Shown: in pieces, positions 57,914-64,000 of the stretch | Layout of the letters: the number at the start of each line of letters is the position of its first letter | How positions within the stretch are numbered: position 1 is the first letter of the stretch | Source of the DNA: a virus | Virus record (IMG/VR): IMGVR_UViG_3300020469_000036 | Coordinates: 7,731-71,730 of that record | DNA length: 64,000 bases | Direction: 5' to 3' (one strand) | The notes under the pieces: generated by a model | Databases searched by the model: none | What the model saw: the letters and a program-made list of their open reading frames with translations, nothing else | What the model was told of the DNA's origin: nothing | Position numbers and translations under genes: made by a program

Positions 57914-57940
57914 AATGTTATTTATATATGTATTAAGAGA

Positions 57941-60406
57941 TTAGTCTTGAGTAAATGTGAAAGAATTTAAAAAAGGTTCTTTTGTATCGTATTCGTAGCC
58001 AACTGGAGAATCATCCAATCCTCCTAAAAAGCTCCTTGAATTTAACGGGGAATCAAAGGGAGGAGAGTTATCTGTCCAAGCTGTATTATATATTGGGTTG
58101 ATAAAGCGATCGTTTGATACAATCGCAGCTAAAGCATAACTGCTTCCAAAAAGTGGAGTGCTATCATCATATGATGCTACAGTTTCCCATAAAGTAAAAT
58201 CAAGTTCAAATAATTCTGGAATATGATCGGTTGTCCAAGGGTCGCGATTAATAAATAATAGCTCGCCTTCAGGACTTGAGTCTGAAGTATAAAGTCCCCA
58301 ATAACGATTTGATTCAGAGAACTGGAAAAACAAATTTGAGTTATCCGATTCATATGTATGAAGTGTATCAATAATTGCTTCTGGGCTGTTGCCATCTACA
58401 ACACTTGTTGTTCCAGTAAATACAAAATGTTCTGATGCAACTTCTCCTTCAGCGAGACCTTCGGCGTGAGCATCCATAATAAAGTCAAACTCTGCAATAT
58501 TAAATTGACCTAAGTAAGATAAGGTATAAAAGTCAATAAGTGCTTCAGTACTAAAGTTGTTAAAGTGCGTATTATAACTAACCCCAAACGCAGAAGCAGT
58601 ATCTGAAAACCTGATATTACCTTGTAGTCTGTTGATAATATCTGGAACCGCTTCTCTAAATTTTTGAATGTTTAAAGTATTACTTGAAAAGGTGGCGTCT
58701 TCATACAGCGCTCTAAAGGTAGGATCAATTCCGCTCTCTGAAGTGATTGTTCCAGTTGGGAGTTTCCATTTATACTTTAGTAGCACTTGTTTAAACCCAC
58801 CGTCGAGAAGAGGAACATCATTATTAAAAGTTGCACTTGTACTGTGTTGGTAATTTGTTTCGTCTCGGTTAAGAGCCAAAGCACCGTTAACATATACATC
58901 TCCAACCTGTAAAAGATCGTTTCCAATTTCAATGCGGTCGCTGTAAATGTGTATAAAACTAGCAGTCTCGGGCGAATCATCGTTACTGGTAAATCTAATA
59001 AGATTTTGATCAACAGCAAAAGGACTAGGATCGCCGGCGTCAAAAATAAACGAAACCCAACCTTCCTTATATTCAGTTGAACTTAAATACGTAGGAAGAT
59101 ATGTAATAGGTGAGTTGGCAGGCTCGTTAAAGTCTTCAATAATCAAGCTGCTATCAACAAATGTTGAAAACGAATCGCTTGAAGCTTCAAGCGGCTCAAA
59201 GGCAGAAGCAAATTTAAATGCACCGTCAGAAACTTTTGTATATTCAGCATCTCCTTCAGATATTGAAAGGTTTCCAAACTCACCCCAACCTGCGTTATCA
59301 ACAAACTTTCCATCTTTATTCCACGTATCGCGATAAGCGGTTTGAACGGTGTTTTGATTTACTGCGGAATAGCAAATAATAAAGTTAACGAAAAACGCTT
59401 TAAGTAAATCTCTATCAACCCCATCCCTTCTATTGTTACCAAAAATTGATCTGGTGTGTGTCAGGTAATGAAAACCTCTGTCACCCATCAACACTTTAAT
59501 TAAAAACGTAAGAGCAAGATTCGAGTATTGATTCAGCGGAGAATGCCGCCCGAAAAACGTATCCCAATCAATAAAGTCTGCAAAGGAATTAAGCGATTGT
59601 GTTTCGGCCCAGCCTTCTGGGGATGTACTTGTTTTATATTCAAACAACCGTGGGATGTTATTAAATTTTGTAACACTACTTTCAAGATCGTCAGCATCAG
59701 TAACAATATAAAGCGTACCGTCTGCGGGAGCATCAGCACCAGTAGGAAGTTCTGAAGTAAGCTTAACAACCTTGGTTACGTCCAAGTAAAACTCAAGCGC
59801 TTCTTTGATCCAATCATTATCATGAATGAGTTCAAGAGTTAGCGCAACAAAGAATTTAAGGCCAGCTGGGTGAACGAACTTAAGGTATTCATTTCTCCAA
59901 TTTGCTTCATCGTCTTTAGATTTAACAACATAAGAAAACTCTTGATACCGAAAGCTATCACGGATCTTATTTACTGTTGAAGTTGTTCCTTTTTCTAAAT
60001 CAGCCACTGTAAATAGCACGTCTTTTGGATACACCAGAGTTACAAATTCATTATAGAAAATACGGAAGAAGGCATAAATACTTTCTTCAGATCCACGTGC
60101 ATTGTAGTAATCAGCAATAATCTTATACAGTCTTACACGATCAAGGGATCTGCTTTTAGGAATTGCAGACGCGATCATGCGTTCAATCGCATCCAAATAC
60201 CTTGAGCTTGCTGTATCAACGTCGTGTTGACGAATTAAGTTATTCAGCTCAAAGGAAGGTTTAAGCTCTTTGTTAAGGTGACGATAATAAGCCTTTAACA
60301 GCTTTATCATTTCTGGTGCAGATGTTTCAAAGTGCTCGGGTAAAACCGATTCGACCATCTGTGTTTCAACCGCGGTTGCGGTACCTGTTGCTATGCTTAA
60401 CTCCAT
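57941..60406 (-). CDS. gp7: Baseplate wedge initiator-like protein
   Basis: LPEH, LKAYY, Y.ARGSEES...FFRI.Y, IRDS..YQEFSYVVKS, VHPAGLKFF. Confidence 0.75.
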   Translation of the reverse strand: MELSIATGTATAVETQMVESVLPEHFETSAPEMIKLLKAYYRHLNKELKPSFELNNLIRQHDVDTASSRYLDAIERMIASAIPKSRSLDRVRLYKIIADYYNARGSEESIYAFFRIFYNEFVTLVYPKDVLFTVADLEKGTTSTVNKIRDSFRYQEFSYVVKSKDDEANWRNEYLKFVHPAGLKFFVALTLELIHDNDWIKEALEFYLDVTKVVKLTSELPTGADAPADGTLYIVTDADDLESSVTKFNNIPRLFEYKTSTSPEGWAETQSLNSFADFIDWDTFFGRHSPLNQYSNLALTFLIKVLMGDRGFHYLTHTRSIFGNNRRDGVDRDLLKAFFVNFIICYSAVNQNTVQTAYRDTWNKDGKFVDNAGWGEFGNLSISEGDAEYTKVSDGAFKFASAFEPLEASSDSFSTFVDSSLIIEDFNEPANSPITYLPTYLSSTEYKEGWVSFIFDAGDPSPFAVDQNLIRFTSNDDSPETASFIHIYSDRIEIGNDLLQVGDVYVNGALALNRDETNYQHSTSATFNNDVPLLDGGFKQVLLKYKWKLPTGTITSESGIDPTFRALYEDATFSSNTLNIQKFREAVPDIINRLQGNIRFSDTASAFGVSYNTHFNNFSTEALIDFYTLSYLGQFNIAEFDFIMDAHAEGLAEGEVASEHFVFTGTTSVVDGNSPEAIIDTLHTYESDNSNLFFQFSESNRYWGLYTSDSSPEGELLFINRDPWTTDHIPELFELDFTLWETVASYDDSTPLFGSSYALAAIVSNDRFINPIYNTAWTDNSPPFDSPLNSRSFLGGLDDSPVGYEYDTKEPFLNSFTFTQD

Positions 60407-60427
60407 ATTGTTTATTTACAATCTTTA

Positions 60428-62416
60428 CTAATATGAACTCCCGCCAGTAGAAGTTGATCCAGTACCACTGCTGCTACTGCTGCTCGAGCTTGAATCTCCA
60501 AGTGTTGTTGTGTTACGATCTTTACTAAAGGCGCTGTAATCAACTGAGCGAGAACTACCTCCTCGGGCAATCTCATCAGGAAACGCCGTAAAGGTTGAGT
60601 TATTAAGGTCAATGTTTAAAAGCAAGTTTCTTTTACCAACAATATCATTACTTTTAGGATTGGCTATAAAGGTTATTTCGGTCGTTTCATCTGCAAACAC
60701 ATTAGCCAAATCCATTATACCTGTGCTAAGATCAATTTGGCCAATGTCGGCAACGCGTGTTACGGTTCCATTATTAATTGTGCATGTAAAAACGTTTCTT
60801 ATAAGCCGGTCTGAGGTTGCTTCATCCTTAATATAAATTGCTTCACCACCAAGTTTATGAACAGGATTGGTGTTAATGTTAATAAGTGTTTTACCATCAT
60901 CAGGTACCAGCTCTGCACCGAACTTAATATTAAAATCTGAAATACTTCCGTCTGCAGGAATGGTAATTTTCTTACTTAATAAAACACGAACCAAAGAGTT
61001 CATTATAGAATTAAGATGTGTATCAATCTTTCGTTGAAACAAGGAATGCCTGAAGATAACATCAAACCCGTTAATATCATTTTGTGCAAAAGGAACAACA
61101 ACATTGTTTTTAATTTCCAGTGCCAGTTCTGTTGCACTAAGAGAAGAAATACTTGGGTTGTATTTAACAAGAACATCAACCACAATATCTACAAACTCAG
61201 GGTCCACAATTTGTGGTGTAATGGCAAGAACCTTTTTAGATTCAAGAAAGTCAAGAATGGCAGTTTTATCAGCTTCAGAAATAACACTTTCTGTATAAGA
61301 AGAATTAGGCTTTGCAGAAATAAGGGCCGATCCAAAGATAGGTGGATCGTTGTCCTCCCCACCCCAAGCACTAACACTTTGAACAAACGAAAAGTTAGAA
61401 AGAATTAAATTTTTATAATCTTCAGAAGTAACCGCTCGGTTCTGTGTTGTGAAACTGTTGATTGCATTACTTTTTAAATGATCAACCGTTTCTTTATTGC
61501 TTCCTCCACTTGACCTAGCTCCGCACATAATTGAAAGGGAAGTACCTGCCGAAGTAAAGTTACCACTGGTATCACCTGCAATACTAAAGGCAGCATTTAC
61601 GTCGTTTCCTGCTGTACCACTTGTCACAAGATATTGAACTTCAATCACGTTACCTGCATCAAGCTTGTCGCCATAAATTCCGTTACCAAAAGTAAGCTCG
61701 TAGCGACCAGAACTGTTCTCATTAATAAAGTAAATTTTGGATTCTGAATTAATACCAATTGTATCAAATTGATTGTAGCGTGTTGCGGTTCCTTCACTCT
61801 TGGCTCCTGTTGGATAAACCAAAACGCGAAGCGAAGTTATATCAACATCTTCATCGCCTAATTCGTAACGCTGACCGGTGTCAACCGCATTAGCTTCAAA
61901 CGTTGTTGTAACAAGTCGGCCTTCGTACCCAATCAGTGGTTCATCTTCGCCAACGGTATAAAAGTGTGAGTCGCCAACCGTTGTCTTTTTAAGCGTAGTA
62001 ATATCATCAAGAATAACAAAAGAATAGTTTTCAGAATTATAAGTTGTTGTTAGTCGAGTACCACGAGGAACTACATAAGTGTTGTCAGAATCAGCTTCAG
62101 CGCCAATGGTTCCAACAAGGTCCACTCGAGCTGCAGCAAAACTACGAGGAATATATCCAAGGAGTTTGGCCGCGGAAACAACACTGCTTCTAAGTTGAGC
62201 AGAGTCAATAAAACTTTCGTTCACCGCAACATGCGCAAGCATTGCGTTATAATGAGTGTTGTATGCTAGCAGGTCAACAATGTTGTTAAGGTTGGAACCT
62301 TCAAAATCCCAATCAGTAAATTCTGTTTCGCTGTTCTTAAAATAATCAATTAGATTCGCTTTAATTTGCGCAAAGTCTAATTCAGAAACATTGAGCTGTT
62401 CTCCGTTAATTGCCAT
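60428..62416 (-). CDS. gp6: Baseplate wedge subunit
   Basis: ELDF.QIK.NL, FTD.DFEGS, LLAYNTHYN, SAQLRSSVVS.AK.LGY.PRS, FGNG..G, QNRAVT.EDY, WGGEDNDPP. Confidence 0.96.
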   Translation of the reverse strand: MAINGEQLNVSELDFAQIKANLIDYFKNSETEFTDWDFEGSNLNNIVDLLAYNTHYNAMLAHVAVNESFIDSAQLRSSVVSAAKLLGYIPRSFAAARVDLVGTIGAEADSDNTYVVPRGTRLTTTYNSENYSFVILDDITTLKKTTVGDSHFYTVGEDEPLIGYEGRLVTTTFEANAVDTGQRYELGDEDVDITSLRVLVYPTGAKSEGTATRYNQFDTIGINSESKIYFINENSSGRYELTFGNGIYGDKLDAGNVIEVQYLVTSGTAGNDVNAAFSIAGDTSGNFTSAGTSLSIMCGARSSGGSNKETVDHLKSNAINSFTTQNRAVTSEDYKNLILSNFSFVQSVSAWGGEDNDPPIFGSALISAKPNSSYTESVISEADKTAILDFLESKKVLAITPQIVDPEFVDIVVDVLVKYNPSISSLSATELALEIKNNVVVPFAQNDINGFDVIFRHSLFQRKIDTHLNSIMNSLVRVLLSKKITIPADGSISDFNIKFGAELVPDDGKTLININTNPVHKLGGEAIYIKDEATSDRLIRNVFTCTINNGTVTRVADIGQIDLSTGIMDLANVFADETTEITFIANPKSNDIVGKRNLLLNIDLNNSTFTAFPDEIARGGSSRSVDYSAFSKDRNTTTLGDSSSSSSSSSGTGSTSTGGSSY

Positions 62417-62420
62417 AAGT

Positions 62421-62852
62421 TTATCGTGTTCTTGTTAAAAGAAAAATAAATTCTACTTCAGTGCCATACGACATTTGAAAAGTTGTTGTAATGCGGTAAG
62501 CGTTTCTTTCGTGATCATCAGTAACCTGAACCTTAAAATTTAAAATTCTTTTTTCAAACTTCTTAATGCCGCGGTCAATTTCATCTCTAAGCAAAGAAGC
62601 AGTAAAGTTATCTGCAAGTTCAAATAAAAGACTGGTGGCCCGTGTACCAAATTCTGGGAAAAATGGACGAGTACCAATTGGTGTTAACACAATGTTTTTA
62701 ATACTGTTTTTCACCGCATCAATATCCGTGGCAGGAACCACATCACCAGTAACGGGATGAATAAATGTAAAGCTTACATCTTTAAAAACACTTCCTGCTA
62801 CAACAGTTGGTTGATAATTGGGTTTGTTAAAGTCTGAAAGAATGCTGTTCAT
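62421..62852 (-). CDS. gp25: Baseplate wedge subunit
   Basis: HPVTGD, DAVKNSIKNIVLT..G.RPF.PEFG, LLFE, FE.R. Confidence 0.93.
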   Translation of the reverse strand: MNSILSDFNKPNYQPTVVAGSVFKDVSFTFIHPVTGDVVPATDIDAVKNSIKNIVLTPIGTRPFFPEFGTRATSLLFELADNFTASLLRDEIDRGIKKFEKRILNFKVQVTDDHERNAYRITTTFQMSYGTEVEFIFLLTRTR

Positions 62853-62899
62853 TACTTATTTCTATTTATATACTAACACCGCACCTTATTTGTTTTTTG

Positions 62900-64000
62900 T
62901 TAAGCATTCCTAAGTGAGGCATCAGCTTGTAAAACCGACGCATCAGCAATCAAAAGGTTTGAAACGTTTGTGCTTCTTTCTCTAAATTCGTTTAATATAT
63001 CGCCTGACCATTCATCCCGCCTTGAGTCAACAACTCTTTGTATTTCCCTTTCGGTCTTTTCTTCGGTGCCTTCTGTACCATTTGTAATAACTTCAGATTT
63101 AACTCCGTAATAAAACGAGTTTAAAGCAGTTAGCATTGAGCCATATGAAGGGTCTGATTCCAAATCGTTTGAACTGTATACCCCGTTAATTAAATCGCCT
63201 GCTCGACCGGTATGATCAATAAAGTCAGCTTTTGTCTTTTGCCTGTTGGTATTAATGCGAATTAACTCACCTGGGTCAGGATGTCTTGCCGCAGCTGGTG
63301 GACCAACCCGTAAAAGCGTAGGAAGATCAATACCTCCATCGGTAACATCCAGCATATTACAAACATCAAAAGAATCAATGTTGGCAATAATGTTATTTAA
63401 ATTTGAAACCACTGGACCAAATTTTTCCCTAATGGTTTTAATAATGTCAACTCTTTCCAGCAACCCAGCGTTACGCGCATCAATTAAAAGCTCGGCCAAT
63501 GATTTATTTTTAGCATCTCTTGCAAGAGCAAAAATGTTTCCAATTTCAAATTCAAGTTTTGGTATACTTGCAAGCGCAGCTAAAATCTCATCAGCACTAT
63601 TAGAATTTCTGATAATCTTCATTATCATCTTCTTTAATTGCTGAATTAAAAGCTTATCAATACTTTTACCACAATCAGAACGATTGTTTAATCTTTTAAA
63701 ATTTACTCCTTCTCCCGTGGTATTAAAAGCAACATTTTGAATATTTGCAATTCTGATAAGCTGATCAACGTCAACCGTAAGTCCGTCAGATTCAACTTGC
63801 TTTTGAATTTCAGGAATATTAAATTCATTTTCTCCTGTTGTTACAGCATCAATGGAAGTTTGAATACGTGCAAGTTTGTTAAACTCATTTTGATCTTCAG
63901 CAACAACAGCCTCGACCTCAACCGCAGGAGTTTCGGTTGCGTTTAAATCTTCTTCCCTTATTATACTTTCCGCTTTATCTCGCTCTAAGCGCGAAAGTTC
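62900..64000 (-). CDS. Hypothetical (probably structural) protein, 5' end beyond the window
   Basis: The frame of track ORF 62900..63628 stays open to 64000 by manual translation. Confidence 0.7.
   Translation of the reverse strand, partial: ELSRLERDKAESIIREEDLNATETPAVEVEAVVAEDQNEFNKLARIQTSIDAVTTGENEFNIPEIQKQVESDGLTVDVDQLIRIANIQNVAFNTTGEGVNFKRLNNRSDCGKSIDKLLIQQLKKMIMKIIRNSNSADEILAALASIPKLEFEIGNIFALARDAKNKSLAELLIDARNAGLLERVDIIKTIREKFGPVVSNLNNIIANIDSFDVCNMLDVTDGGIDLPTLLRVGPPAAARHPDPGELIRINTNRQKTKADFIDHTGRAGDLINGVYSSNDLESDPSYGSMLTALNSFYYGVKSEVITNGTEGTEEKTEREIQRVVDSRRDEWSGDILNEFRERSTNVSNLLIADASVLQADASLRNA

Noticed and set aside
1-64000. Stop-codon reassignment
   Set aside because: Core genes are full length in the standard code and use TAA, TAG and TGA as stops.

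Overview
The window is part of a lytic T4-like myovirus genome, with essentially all genes on the minus strand and the standard genetic code. From right to left it carries baseplate and tail-fibre genes, a glycosyltransferase/sulfotransferase operon, neck/terminase/tail/head genes (gp13-gp23, with gp15 duplicated), recombination and late-transcription genes (uvsW, uvsY, gp55, gp46/47), CobS/CobT-like genes, the replication block (gp45, gp44, gp62, regA, gp43), hsp20, a tRNA-Ala, a flavin-dependent halogenase-like gene, early ORFs and a cytosine hypermodification cluster. That cluster holds a gp42 dCMP hydroxymethylase, a beta-glucosyltransferase-like enzyme, and a kinase/nucleotidyltransferase plus phosphatase sugar-activation module. 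Main observations: (1) a D-S-P (often DDSP) peptide motif recurs across many virion proteins, next to a probably late-expressed GT4 + sulfotransferase + helical-protein operon, suggesting a phage-encoded virion surface modification system; (2) a probable non-glucose sugar modification of hmC; (3) pervasive leaderless promoter architecture and two antisense sigma70-type promoters; (4) a ROSE-like RNA thermometer before hsp20; (5) host-like genes hinting at a Verrucomicrobiota host. All family assignments come from motif recognition and recall; no searches were run.
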